Positions 11,204 through 22,890 of a stretch of DNA of 50,505 bases are shown piece by piece. This DNA is from Octopus bimaculoides. Its lineage: Eukaryota. The first letter of the stretch is position 1. Every line of letters starts with the position of its first letter. Below the pieces are notes generated by a model. That model was not told the origin of the DNA and did no database searches. It worked only from the letters and a program-made list of their open reading frames with translations. Position numbers and translations under genes: made by a program. The stretch spans positions 93,315,453 through 93,365,957 of the forward strand of contig NC_068986.1 of assembly GCF_001194135.2 (NCBI RefSeq). Direction: 5' to 3'.

Positions 11204-11700
11204 AGTAATACCTGTTCTTTAAATGTCTAATATACATAAGGTTTGTTATTAAGCAAAGTTTTCAGTATTGCATTCTGGATTGAAAATTTATATGGGAAAA
11301 GTTATATAATGAGTAAATTAACAAGGAAAAAACATCGATCAGACAAGACTGGCTGGTGTAAATCAAGGTAGTTACCTTACTGAAAAACTAGCCTGGTGTA
11401 GGGGAGACAATCAGAAAAAAGTAGGCATAAAAGCTCGTTCTATTTCTAATCCTATAAGAGGGGCAGAAGAAACAATATTCCAAGAAATTGAGAAATTTAT
11501 GTTGTCTCTTTTAACTTGCCATTCCTTTTGGGATAAACTTGTACTACTTCCTTTCTGAGGATCATTAAAAGATGATTTATGATTATTCAAACGTAATTTA
11601 AGAGGGGGTCTGCATGCAATCAATATAATGAAACCTAGAGAGATCATGTGTTGTGATAGTATTTAAGTGTTGTTTGGATAGTTAGAAAATGGGGTAGTTA
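11150..11700 (-). mobile_element. Penelope-like element 3' part: GIY-YIG endonuclease relic plus 3' end
   Basis: Frameshifted YID-ACRPPLKLRLNNHKSSFNDPQKGSSTSLSQKEWQVKRDNINFSISWNIVSSAP, typical of the PLE GIY-YIG C-terminal half ('YIG...FK.R..NHK.SF...LS...W.LK...I.W.I'). Confidence 0.75.
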
Positions 11701-12094
11701 GACATTTAAGTATTGCTTGGGTAGTTACAAAATGGGGGACTTGGGTAATATATCTAATGAAAGGTGGAAATTTAAACGAGAATGAATGTGGAAAGCTGAA
11801 GAGTAAAAATTAAGAAGTATATTGTTATAAAGTATAGTAATATCAGAAGTGCCTATTGAACATGAGGAAGGGAAACAGAGAGAGTGTGAATCTGCCTAGT
11901 AAATGGTTAAGTATTGATCCATTCAATTACATGGTTGTGTAATCTTCCAGTATTTCAGCAGGTGATTGTTGAAGTAATGAGATTTGGTGAAAACTTCTGA
12001 TCTCTCAAATACTCTGCAGATTTACTAAGGTTTTTGAGTATAATGCTCTTGTTAGTTATGCTTAAAGTTTCTGCTTACTTAAAGTATCAGAGTC

Positions 12095-12690
12095 CTCATG
12101 TTCATTTGAAGTCTGTGTATGATCATTTGACAATGCAAAGATATGTAATATTGTTGATGTGTATCCTACTGCAATCGATAAGAAATTTGTTGCAATAGTT
12201 ATTTGCTCATTTAGAGAATGTGGATTGGCTGTATCCCAGCCTACCAAAGGAGATACATTTAGAAAGAAAATCCTTATTGCCAAATTCAATAATTTTGCCC
12301 TAAAGATTACCAAAAGAACTATTATCACAAACCTGTGTATCATAAACTTCTTAGATGATATATTCAACAACAGACAAATACAACCCTAATAGTAAACCTA
12401 ATGAACTGTGATGTAGTAAAGAATGAATCTGTATATTTATATGGATTCATGCTTTGCATCCACTGAATTTTAAAACCTAATTAATAATATCAGTAGAAGA
12501 ATCTCTAACCTACCATTTAAAAGGGACTTTGGTAATGCAATCCTCTACCACAAGAAAGCTTCAGAAAGTGGTGGATTCAAAAATAAGATACCTAACCCCA
12601 CCTCTAAATATCTGTGTTTGATCTCTTTACTGATAATAATTAAGGATTGCCAATTAATCACTATTTGTAAATGGAAAGAGTTGAAAGAAA
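12095..12690 (+). mobile_element. Penelope-like element RT/thumb fragment, heavily frameshifted
   Basis: FDNAKICNIVDVY...FRECGLAV (YRDDGLA equivalent)...KITKRTIITNLCIINFLDDIFN/TDKYNPNSKPNE...SRRISNL; matches PLE 'GLKIT...NFLDVTF.L....YKPY.KPN' and 'RRIS.L'. Confidence 0.7.
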
Positions 12691-12744
12691 TTCCACCAAG
12701 TATATTGTCTAGTGTGGCAATAACTTTGCCAGTATATAGCTTAA

Positions 12745-12905
12745 TAATAATAGTAATAATAACAACATTTGTTTCAAAGTTTCGCACAAGGCCAGCAAGC
12801 CTGGTTGAGATGGAGTTAGTCACTACTATTGATCCTAGTACTTGAGTGGCTCTTTATTTTACCAGCCCTGAAAGGATCGACAGTAAAGTTGAACTCATTA
12901 GGATT
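12745..12905 (-). mobile_element. SINE family C 3' half, degenerate
   Basis: gcacaaggccagc...gatcctagtact...ccctgaaaggatcgacagtaaagttgaactc. Confidence 0.55.
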
Positions 12906-12913
12906 TTTTAGCG

Positions 12914-12948
<35 letters not shown>

Positions 12949-13703
12949 AAGGAAATAATTAATAAATTTTTCCCTTATGAGGTTTTTCACGCTAACTATT
13001 TGATAAATTCTTATAAAGATTTTATCCTGTTTTTAAATTGTGTGTATGTGTGNNNNNNNNNNNNNNNNNNNNNNNNNNNNNNNNNNNNNNNNNNNNNNNN
13101 NNNNNNNNNNNNNNNNNNNNNNNNNNNNNNNNNNNNNNNNNNNNNNNNNNNNNNNNNNNNNNNNNNNNNNNNNNNNNNNNNNNNNNNNNNNNNNNNNNNN
13201 NNNNNNNNNNNNNNNNNNNNNNNNNNNNNNNNNNNNNNNNNNNNNNNNNNNNNNNNNNNNNNNNNNNNNNNNNNNNNNNNNNNNNNNNNNNNNNNNNNNN
13301 NNNNNNNNNNNNNNNNNNNNNNNNNNNNNNNNNNNNNNNNNNNNNNNNNNNNNNNNNNNNNNNNNNNNNNNNNNNNNNNNNNNNNNNNNNNNNNNNNNNN
13401 NNNNNNNNNNNNNNNNNNNNNNNNNNNNNNNNNNNNNNNNNNNNNNNNNNNNNNNNNNNNNNNNNNNNNNNNNNNNNNNNNNNNNNNNNNNNNNNNNNNN
13501 NNNNNNNNNNNNNNNNNNNNNNNNNNNNNNNNNNNNNNNNNNNNNNNNNNNNNNNNNNNNNNNNNNNNNNNNNNNNNNNNNNNNNNNNNNNNNNNNNNNN
13601 NNNNNNNNNNNNNNNNNNNNNNNNNNNNNNNNNNNNNNNNNNNNNNNNNNNNNNNNNNNNNNNNNNNNNNNNNNNNNNNNNNNNNNNNNNNNNNNNNNNN
13701 NNN

Positions 13704-13743
<40 letters not shown>

Positions 13744-14277
13744 GGCACATGTATATAAATATATAAATACAGAAAAAATACGTAAGTGAATCAATGAACA
13801 AATAAAGAGAAAAATCGACCATTTAACAGGCTGGATGTGTGGCCAACTGTTGGCATGGCTCATTGGAGCTCTGCCAGCTTCCTGTCATACCACTGGATGC
13901 TTTGGATGGTATCAGAACTGATGGTGAAGCTTGGGCCTTCAGTAAAATTAAAAACAAAAACAAAAACAAAAAAATCAAAGTAAAATAGCAAAAGCTCTAG
14001 TAATGGAATGAATCAATGAGATCAGAGATATAACTGAGTTACCTCTACCACCCTGACCCTGTATGTACTTTGATCAATATCTGTGAGTATGTGCTGTTGT
14101 ATCTGGGTATGTTTATGGTTTTGTGTGTTTATTCATAGATATGAACATGCTTCTACATCACTTGGTCTTTTGATGGGGTTTTTTTTTCCAATCAATTGAT
14201 CCCATAGTTGACAAGTGGTGCTAATATATCAACAGAAATAAGGTGTGTATGTGTTGACATGCTGTGTGTGTGTGTGT

Positions 14278-14515
14278 AGGCACATGGCTCAGTGGTTAGG
14301 ATGTTACACTCATGATTGCAAGATTGTGATTTCTATTCCTGAACAGGGCAATATGTTGTAATTCTTGAGTAAAACACTTCAGTTCATGTTGCACCAGTCC
14401 ACTCAGCTGGCAAAAGTAAGTAACTCTCTGATAGATAAGCCTCTTGTCCAATGGGGAGAATATATTCACCAGAGAACCCAGGAAACTGGCTCTATGCTCC
14501 TTGCAGAGTAATGTG
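14278..14515 (+). mobile_element. tRNA-derived SINE family D
   Basis: A-box-like tggctcagtgg head, central ttcttgagtaaaacact...ccagtccactcagctgg, tail ccagagaacccaggaaactgg; related copies at 24732, 26165 and 44678. Confidence 0.65.
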
Positions 14516-14560
14516 GTATAACCATCCATGTGTGTGTCTGTCTGCTTTTGCTTGTTTAAA

Positions 14561-14894
14561 TAGCTAGCTTACCAACCACATGGTTCAGGGTTCAGTCCCA
14601 CTGCATGGCACCTTGGGCAAGTGTCTTCTACTATAGCCTCAGGCTGACCAAAGCCTTGTGCGTGGATTTGGTAGACAGAAACTGAAAGAAGCCCTTTGTG
14701 TATGTATATGTGTGTGTGTGTCTGTGTCCTGACCATCACCTGACAACCAATGTTGGTGTGTTTAAGTCCCTGGCAAAAGAGACCAATAGTATAAGTACTA
14801 GGCTTACAAAGAATATGTCCTGGGGTCGATGTGTTTGACTAAAGGTGGTGCTACAGCTTGGCCGCAGTCAAATGACTGAAATAAATAAAAGAAT
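14561..14894 (+). mobile_element. SINE family A, 5'-truncated
   Basis: accaaccacatggttcagggttcagtcccactgc...gcagtcaaatgactgaaataaataaaagaata. Confidence 0.85.
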
Positions 14895-15525
14895 ACGTGT
14901 TTAATGATGTGTTAGTGTATGCTTGTTTATACTTATGTGCAGATAGATACACACATGTGCTGTGCTGTGGAACAAGAGTGGTTTATCATCTTGGATGCAT
15001 TCCTTCCTGTATTACAAAATTCATCTCTTGTCAAGTATTCACCTCTTGTCCCACTACATCTATCTATTATTTGGAGTACGGTGAATATCTTTTTATTCCA
15101 CAAGATTCATTGATCATTCAGGATGCAGTGGACACTCACCTCTCCTTTAAATTCTTCTATTGTGTTTAGTAGTTTAGTAGTAACTGACTTAATCCCTTTG
15201 TCTCTCCTTGTTTGTCCTCTCTATGTTTAGTGCCTTGTAGGCAATAAAGAAATAAGAAACTTGGAATACTCAGCCAAGTAGTTCCCAAGCCAAATCTGCA
15301 TAGCACAACTCTAAAGTATTAAATTACTAGTACAGTCCATTGTTTCCAAATGGTTTCCATCAACCCAGTTTCACTCACAAAGGGTTGACCCAAAATTATG
15401 GTAAAAATACTTGCCCAAGATACCATACAGTGGTATTGAACCCTCAACCACAATGATTGTGGTGCAAACTTCATAACCACTCAGCTGGCTTGCATCCTCC
15501 CTGTCTTCTTTGAGTGATGTCAAAT

Positions 15526-15801
15526 TCAAGAAGTGCTTTTAATAATTCCTGATAGTTTTTTCATGTGTTTGTATGTTTGTCTGTGTGCATCCTTTTCTAG
15601 TTCCCAAGTCAGAGTAAGATTAGGAGCAGGGAAGGAGCCATATCCCATTAGGTCTGCAGCCCATCCCATGTTGATGGGATTATTACGATTGAAGGCCCAA
15701 TATGAATATCTGTAGAGAATATATGTATGAGCTGGCAGTATTGGAGCCGAGGTGTCTGGTCTGAGTGCTTGCAACAAAATGAACTGTGTTAATGCTTTCA
15801 T
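15526..15801 (-). CDS. Orphan 91-aa ORF or possible terminal coding exon (acceptor before 15709); product unknown
   Basis: Unique non-repeat sequence; ATG-to-TGA ORF; internal acceptor attctctacAG| gives (R)YSYWAFNRNNPINMGWAADLMGYGSFPAPNLTLTWELEKDAHRQTYKHMKKLSGIIKSTS*; no family recognised. Confidence 0.3.
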   Translation of the reverse strand: MKALTQFILLQALRPDTSAPILPAHTYILYRYSYWAFNRNNPINMGWAADLMGYGSFPAPNLTLTWELEKDAHRQTYKHMKKLSGIIKSTS

Positions 15802-15911
15802 AAATATATTCCAAATGAAATATAGTGGCCAAGTGTTTTAATTAAAATAATCAAGAATTTTTATAGATTTTGTTAAAAATCATTAATATTTTCATTATTT
15901 AGTTTACTACG

Positions 15912-16135
15912 AGGCGGTATGCTGGGAGAATTGTTACCATGCCAGACAAAATGCTCGGCAACATTTTTTTCTGGTTCTTTACATCCTGAGTTCAAATGTC
16001 ACTGAGGTCAACTTTGCCTGTTGTCTTTTCAGGGCTCAATTCACTAGGTACTAGTTGAGTATTGGGGGTTATGTAATCGACTGACTTCCTTCCCCTAAAA
16101 TTGCTGGCCTTGTGGTGCCAGAATTTGGAACCAAC
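15912..16135 (+). mobile_element. SINE family C copy, degenerate
   Basis: gaggcggtatgctgggagaattgtta...ctgagttcaaatgtcactgaggtcaactttgcct...aaaattgctggccttgtg. Confidence 0.7.
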
Positions 16136-16357
16136 AGTGGAGTGTTGTAGTTTTAATCATGATACACAAGTAGAATAGCAAATAATGACAACAGAGTGCT
16201 TCTTACAAGGGAAACTTTAGTAACCCTTATACTAGGTTGAAGAATAAGTAGGTGCGCTGTGTTAAAATAATTGACTGAATGAACACACACACCATAAAAA
16301 TATAAGGAAAAGCATTATTTTAACACAGCACACAAACTTTTTCCTCAACCTAATATA

Positions 16358-16595
16358 TAGGCACAGGAGTGGTTGTGTGGTAAGTAGCTTTGTGTGTTTG
16401 TGTTTGTCCCCCAACATCACTTGACAACCGATGCTGTTGTGTTTATGTCCCCGTAACTTAGCAGTTCAGCAAAAGTGACTGATAGAATAAGTACTAGGCT
16501 TATAAAGAATAAGTCCTGGGGTTGATTTGCTCGACTAAAAGCGGTGCTCCAGCATGGTTGTAGTCAATTGACTGAAACAAATAAAGAAAAGAATA
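16358..16595 (+). mobile_element. SINE family A with internal deletion
   Basis: Head aggcacaggagtggttgtgtggtaagtagc joined directly to the GT repeat and the 3' half. Confidence 0.8.
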
Positions 16596-16753
16596 TGTCA
16601 GGCACAGAGGCCATTCACCTCTTATGATGGGCCCTTGTGCCTGAAATATATAATGTATGCCAGTATGGAAGGCAGACATTAAATAGTGATTATATTAAAC
16701 TTTCCCTTTTCACATTGTAAGATCCCCTCCTTCTTCATTATTTAGTTATTTTA

Positions 16754-17425
16754 CTGGCAGAATTGTTAATGCACCAAACAAAATGCTTAGAAGCATTTCA
16801 TCTATTTTTGCATTCAGAGTTCAAATTCTGCTGAGATCAGTTTTGCCTTTCATCCTTTTGAAGTTGTTGAAATAAGTCCCAATTAAGACCGAGGTCAATG
16901 TAATTGACTACCCCCCCCCCCCCCAACCAAATTTCTAACTCTGTGATAGTCGAAAAGATTCTTGTTATTATATGGCTGCAAGCTGGCAGAATTGTAAACA
17001 CCCTGGACAAAACGCTTAGCAGCATTTCATTCATCATTACGTTCTGAGTTCAGACTATGCTAAGGTCGGCTTTGCCTTTCATCCTTTTGAAATCATTAAA
17101 ATAAGTACCAGTTGAATCCTGAGGTCAATGTAATCTTCCCCTAAAATTTCAGGCCTTGTGCTTATACAGGAGAAACGATATTTTGTTATTTTACTTGAAA
17201 CAGTTATTTTATCATATGAATATCAGAGAAAGTGCTTTCCAGTATTTGTTCCAACTCTTTACATCATAAGTTCAAACTGTGCCAGGATCAACTCTGCCTT
17301 TCATATTTTTCAAGATTCGATCAAATAAGACACAATTCAATTACTGGTGGGGTTGATGTAATTAATTGATCGTCCCCCTCCCATCAAAACTGCCAGCCTT
17401 GTTCCTTAATTAGAAACAATTATTT
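16754..17425 (+). mobile_element. Three head-to-tail SINE family C copies
   Basis: Units start near 16754, 16974 and 17225; each has gagttcaaa...ctttgcctttcat...gaggtcaatgtaat-like body. Confidence 0.75.
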
Positions 17426-17467
17426 AATTTGTATTTGGAACATAACTAATGATTCTTAATTTGATGA

Positions 17468-17615
17468 CCATCATCATTTAACGTCCGCCTTCCATGCTGG
17501 CATGGGTTGGACAGTTTGACAGGAACCAGCTAGGTAGAAGACTGCACCAGGCTACTGTGTCTGTTTTGGCATGGTTTTTACAGCTGGATGCCCTTCCAAA
17601 TGCCAACCACTTCAT
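17468..17615 (-). mobile_element. RTE-type 3' tail fragment
   Basis: catcatcatttaacgtccgccttccatgctggcatgggttggac...cagctggatgcccttcc. Confidence 0.75.
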
Positions 17616-17899
17616 AGAAATTTTTAGCATAAATATAAACATTTTAAAATTGAAAGGTTTCGTTGTCATAGAAGCAAGGGGTTAGTATTATAATGATTAA
17701 TGCTATTCAAGGATCAGGTACATGATGGTGATCTTTGGGTGGTGCACTCATGTGGGTTTTTATGTGTGTGTGTGTGTGTTTGTGTGTGGCATGTTAATAT
17801 GATATTGCTGTTGTTGTTACAGTAAATTTATATGTGGTTATTTGTTTGTTTGTTTTTTACTTTTTTTTTTTCCTAGATTGAGTCATCTGTAGAAAGTTG

Positions 17900-20231
17900 A
17901 TGAAAAAAAAAGAAGGAAAAAAAGAGCATGAGAGAAAGAAAGGAAGGAAGAAAAGGGGACAATCTGTTAAAGGAACCAATAACAACAACAACAGCAACAT
18001 CAATGAAAATTAAGGCAATGATGGAGGAGGAGATAGGGGGTTGGAGGAGGAGGTTCAGAAAGAAGGGAAAGATGGAAGGAAGGTCAGCTAGTGAAGAACA
18101 ACAACAACAACACAACCAGCAATTATTTGAAAGGGGGAGGGGACAAAACGCACACAAAAATCAAAAGAAGACCAATCACCATAAACACTGCATAACTACC
18201 ACTACCACCACCACTGCTGCTACTACTACTGCTTCTTCTGCAACCTCTACCTGCACAATTGCTTCTACACCACCACCACTACCACTGCCTCTACCATTTC
18301 ACTGCGCCTTNNNNNNNNNNNNNNNNNNNNNNNNNNNNNNNNNNNNNNNNNNNNNNNNNNNNNNNNNNNNNNNNNNNNNNNNNNNNNNNNNNNNNNNNNN
18401 NNNNNNNNNNNNNNNNNNNNNNNNNNNNNNNNNNNNNNNNNNNNNNNNNNNNNNNNNNNNNNNNNNNNNNNNNNNNNNNNNNNNNNNNNNNNNNNNNNNN
18501 NNNNNNNNNNNNNNNNNNNNNNNNNNNNNNNNNNNNNNNNNNNNNNNNNNNNNNNNNNNNNNNNNNNNNNNNNNNNNNNNNNNNNNNNNNNNNNNNNNNN
18601 NNNNNNNNNNNNNNNNNNNNNNNNNNNNNNNNNNNNNNNNNNNNNNNNNNNNNNNNNNNNNNNNNNNNNNNNNNNNNNNNNNNNNNNNNNNNNNNNNNNN
18701 NNNNNNNNNNNNNNNNNNNNNNNNNNNNNNNNNNNNNNNNNNNNNNNNNNNNNNNNNNNNNNNNNNNNNNNNNNNNNNNNNNNNNNNNNNNNNNNNNNNN
18801 NNNNNNNNNNNNNNNNNNNNNNNNNNNNNNNNNNNNNNNNNNNNNNNNNNNNNNNNNNNNNNNNNNNNNNNNNNNNNNNNNNNNNNNNNNNNNNNNNNNN
18901 NNNNNNNNNNNNNNNNNNNNNNNNNNNNNNNNNNNNCCACCCTAACCCTAACCCACTCCCCCAACCTACTTCACTGTTGTTCACTGATGTCATCCGAGAA
19001 ATCCTTCCACCACTATCATGCCTCCCTGAACCCTAGAGTAGAAGGAGGGTCGGTAGTGCATATGACCACTCCTTTCACTTCTAACTCAACCAATACCACC
19101 ACCACCACCACCACCCCTAGCCACACCATCAGCACCATCAGCACTACTGACCACTGTTGCCTGTGCTGCCTGCATATAAACAACAACGACAACACCCAGG
19201 ATTATCAGGACCTCCCTCCTATTGCACCATCCCTAAAACATCTGATACCACTATCATCACCACCATCAACAACATCAGCATCAACAACAATAACATGCAA
19301 TGCTGCCTTGACCATTAATGCCACCAAAACAGCAACAACAACAACAAACCATGCTAATGTCACTTGTAACTGCAAGAACACCGCCAACACCAACATCACA
19401 GGCACCATCAACAACACCATCACCACCTCCAATAATAATACCACCACTAACAGTACTACTACCAACACCACCACCACCACCACCAACATCAACAATACCT
19501 AACACTACCACCGACGACAATGCCATACCACCACGACCAGTACTACTACCAACACCATCATCAACAATACCTAACACTACCACCACGACCAGTACTACTA
19601 CCAACACCATCATCAACAATACCTAACACTNNNNNNNNNNCCACGACCAGTACTACTACCAACACCATCATCAACAATACCTAACACTACCACCACGACC
19701 AGTACTACTACCAACACCATCATCAACAATACCTAACACTACCACCGACGACAATGCCATACCACCATGACCAGTACTACTACCAACACCATCATCAACA
19801 ATACCTAACACTACCACCGATGACAATGCCATACCACCACGACCAGTACTACTACCACCACCATCATCAACAATACCTAACACTACTACCAACACCATCA
19901 TCAACAATACCTAACACTACCACCGACGACAACGCCATACCACCACGACCGTACTACTACCAACACCACCAATGACCTCAACAGCAACACCGACAGTACC
20001 ACTGTTCTTTTCTTTTCCCAAGGATGCTGCCCCTGGGTACCTTCAAGAAAACTGGGTGGAGAGGAGTGGTAGCTGCCTTGACATCAGAATCCTTCCTCTT
20101 CCTTCTGCTCCTCCTCCTCCTCCTCCTCTTCCTCCTACCAATTATTTTTCCTTCTTTCTGGAAGACACGGAACAGACTAACGACACAAATTTGATGATGA
20201 GGATGATGATAACAAAAATGATAATAACGAT

Positions 20232-20266
<35 letters not shown>

Positions 20267-21110
20267 TGATGACGATAATGATAATATTAATAATAATTCT
20301 TTTTAACAACAACCGTGATAATGATGATGATGATGATGATGAAGAAGAAGAAGAAAGAAAAGATCAATCAAAAAAAAAATACCGACTACCACCACTACCG
20401 TCACCACTGCAACATACACTATCACCACACATGGATTAACTAAAATACATTATACAAGATCCTCCTCTACCTCCACCGCCTCTTCCTCCTCCTACTACTA
20501 CTACTACAATCCCACCGACCCACCCACCNNNNNNNNNNNNNNNNNNNNNNNNNNNNNNNNNNNNNNNNNNNNNNNNNNNNNNNNNNNNNNNNNNNNNNNN
20601 NNNNNNNNNNNNNNNNNNNNNNNNNNNNNNNNNNNNNNNNNNNNNNNNNNNNNNNNNNNNNNNNNNNNNNNNNNNNNNNNNNNNNNNNNNNNNNNNNNNN
20701 NNNNNNNNNNNNNNNNNNNNNNNNNNNNNNNNNNNNNNNNNNNNNNNNNNNNNNNNNNNNNNNNNNNNNNNNNNNNNNNNNNNNNNNNNNNNNNNNNNNN
20801 NNNNNNNNNNNNNNNNNNNNNNNNNNNNNNNNNNNNNNNNNNNNNNNNNNNNNNNNNNNNNNNNNNNNNNNNNNNNNNNNNNNNNNNNNNNNNNNNNNNN
20901 NTCTCTCTCTCTCTCTCTCTCCTACCTTTTCTCTCATCCCTTTTCTAATTATTCTCTCCATTCCCCGCTACCACCAGCACCATCATCCTCCTCTGCCCAC
21001 GTATGCCCCCCCTTCCCCCTCCTGCCAATCTGACCATCCAATCAATAAATTAAAAAGATCTCCCACCCCAACCACCACCACCACGACCACCACTACCAAA
21101 AAAAAAAAAG
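17900..21110. repeat. Low-complexity trinucleotide region (CAC/CAA/TAC/AAT/GAT/GAA) with three gaps
   Basis: Directly visible; source of the Thr/Pro/Val-rich spurious ORFs. Confidence 0.85.
19480..19970. repeat. Minisatellite with alternating 52-bp and 72-bp units
   Basis: ccacgaccagtactactacc unit starts at 19531, 19583, 19641, 19693, 19765 and 19837 (spacings 52, gap, 52, 72, 72). Confidence 0.9.
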
Positions 21111-21453
21111 GCAAGTTCTCTGTTAAAACCTAAGACATCAAACAGAATCAAACACAACAATTACAAAAAAATAAACTTAATTAACAATTAACTAAGTAAT
21201 AAAAAACAACAGCAAAAGCAACATATATGTGTAATCAAAAGAACTTTTTTTCTTTGCTTTGTCTTTTTTATTTTCACATTTTTTGTCTAAAACTTTGTTG
21301 TTTATTCCTTGTTGTTGTTGTTGTTGTTGCTGGCCCTGATCAAACAAATTCCATCCATGGTCGTCCAGCCTTTTTGTTTTTATTTTCAGGAATATCGTAC
21401 ATCAGATTGTATTATGCAGTCACCAACATGGCTATGTGGCTAAGAAGTTTGCT

Positions 21454-21987
21454 TTGGAATCATATGGTCTGGGATTCAGTCCCTCTGGATGTACTCTGTC
21501 GGCTGGTACCTTTCTCCATAGCAGCAGGTTGACCAGTAACATTTGGAATCATATGGTCTGGGATTCAGTCCCTCTGGATGGACACTGTCAGCTGGTACCT
21601 TCCTCCATAGCAGCAGGTTGACCAGTAACATTTGGAATCATATGGTCTGGGATTCGGTCCATCTGGATGGACACTGTCGGCTGGTACCTTCTTCCATAGC
21701 AGCAGGTTGACCAGTAACATTTGGAATCATATAGTCTGGGATTCGGTCCCTCTAGATGGACTCTGTCGGCTGGTACCTTCTTCCATAGCAGCAGGTTGAC
21801 CAGTAACATTTGGAATCATATGGTCTGGGATTCGGTCCCTCTGGATGGACACTGTCGGCTGGTACCTTCTTCCATAGCAGCAGGTTAACCAGTGACATTT
21901 GGAATCATATGGTCTGAGATTCGGTCCCTCTGGATGGACACTGTCGGCTGGTACCTTCTTCCATAGCAGCAGGTTGACCAGTAACAT
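21454..21987 (+). repeat. 89-bp tandem repeat, six complete copies, derived from a SINE tRNA head
   Basis: ttggaatcatatggtctggg starts at 21454, 21543, 21632, 21721, 21810 and 21899; unit aligns to the family A head; preceded once by A-box-like tggctatgtgg at about 21429. Confidence 0.93.
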
Positions 21988-22029
21988 TTGAGTAGAATTT
22001 GTTTGAAACTGGAAGAAGCTTGTCTTAAA

Positions 22030-22215
22030 CACATCATCATCATTAAACATCCATGTTCCATTCTGACAGGAGTCAGACAGTTGGACACGATCCGATGGGC
22101 CCAAGGACGGCATCATGCTCAGTGTCTCTTTTTTTATGGGTTCTACGGCTGGAGACCCTCCCTAATGCCAGTCACTTTACAGTGGGCACTGGGTGCTTTT
22201 TTTCATGTCGCCAGC
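22030..22215 (-). mobile_element. RTE-type 3' tail, degenerate
   Basis: catcatcatcattaaacatccatgttcc...ctacggctggagaccctccctaatgcc...ctgggtgcttttt. Confidence 0.6.
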
Positions 22216-22497
22216 TCTAATAAAGTTGTCATGCAATTTGTGCAAAACTAAGAACCTTGGAGGAAGAGGGCAACTTTATGCTAGGGGATTAGGGTAAAAT
22301 ATGGGTGAGAAAAGGGGCCAGAACAGAACAGGTATCTTGCTGTAGAGGAGCTACATGACTACAGTAATCCTTCAACATATCGCGATCCACCTATCACGGT
22401 TTATTATTTAAGCTTACTTTGATTCCCCCTTGGTGTTGTTTTGCAATCACAATAAAATAAATATACACAAATTATAAAAATGATAAAAAAAAAAATT

Positions 22498-22663
22498 AGG
22501 CGCAGGAGTAGCTGTGTCGTAAGTAGCTTGCTTACCAACCACATGGTTCTGGGTTCAGTCCCACTGCATGGCACCTTGGGCAAGTGTCTTCTACTATAGC
22601 CTCGGGCCGACCAAAGCCTTGTGAGTGGATTTGGTAGACGGAAACTGAAAGAAGCCTGTCCTA

Positions 22664-22707
<44 letters not shown>

Positions 22708-22890
22708 GTTTGTGTGTCTGTGTTTGTCCCCCCCACCACCGCTTGATGCTGGTGTGTTTACGTTCCCATAACTTAGCGGCCGATAGAATAAGTACTACGC
22801 TTACAAAGAATAAATCCTGGGGTCGATTTGCTCGACTAAAGGTGGTGCTCCAGCATGGCCGCAGTCAAATGACTGAAACAAGTAAAAGAG
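22498..22890 (+). mobile_element. SINE family A, full length
   Basis: aggcgcaggagtagctgtgtcgtaag head, B-box-like ggttcagtccc, internal (TA)n/(TG)n, tail gactgaaacaagtaaaagag. Confidence 0.9.

Noticed and set aside
18938-18953. CCCTAA dimer at a gap edge
   Set aside because: Only two units visible within C-rich low-complexity sequence; cannot be called telomeric
17928-20439. Mucin-like Thr/Pro- or Val-rich ORFs
   Set aside because: Derived from trinucleotide tracts and a 52/72-bp minisatellite that shifts frame; both strands are equally open; no signal peptide or convincing exon structure
21454-21987. CRISPR array interpretation of the 89-bp repeat (and of 45796-46023)
   Set aside because: No unique spacers in the 89-mer; the triplet's spacers are long and mutually related; eukaryotic context with no cas genes
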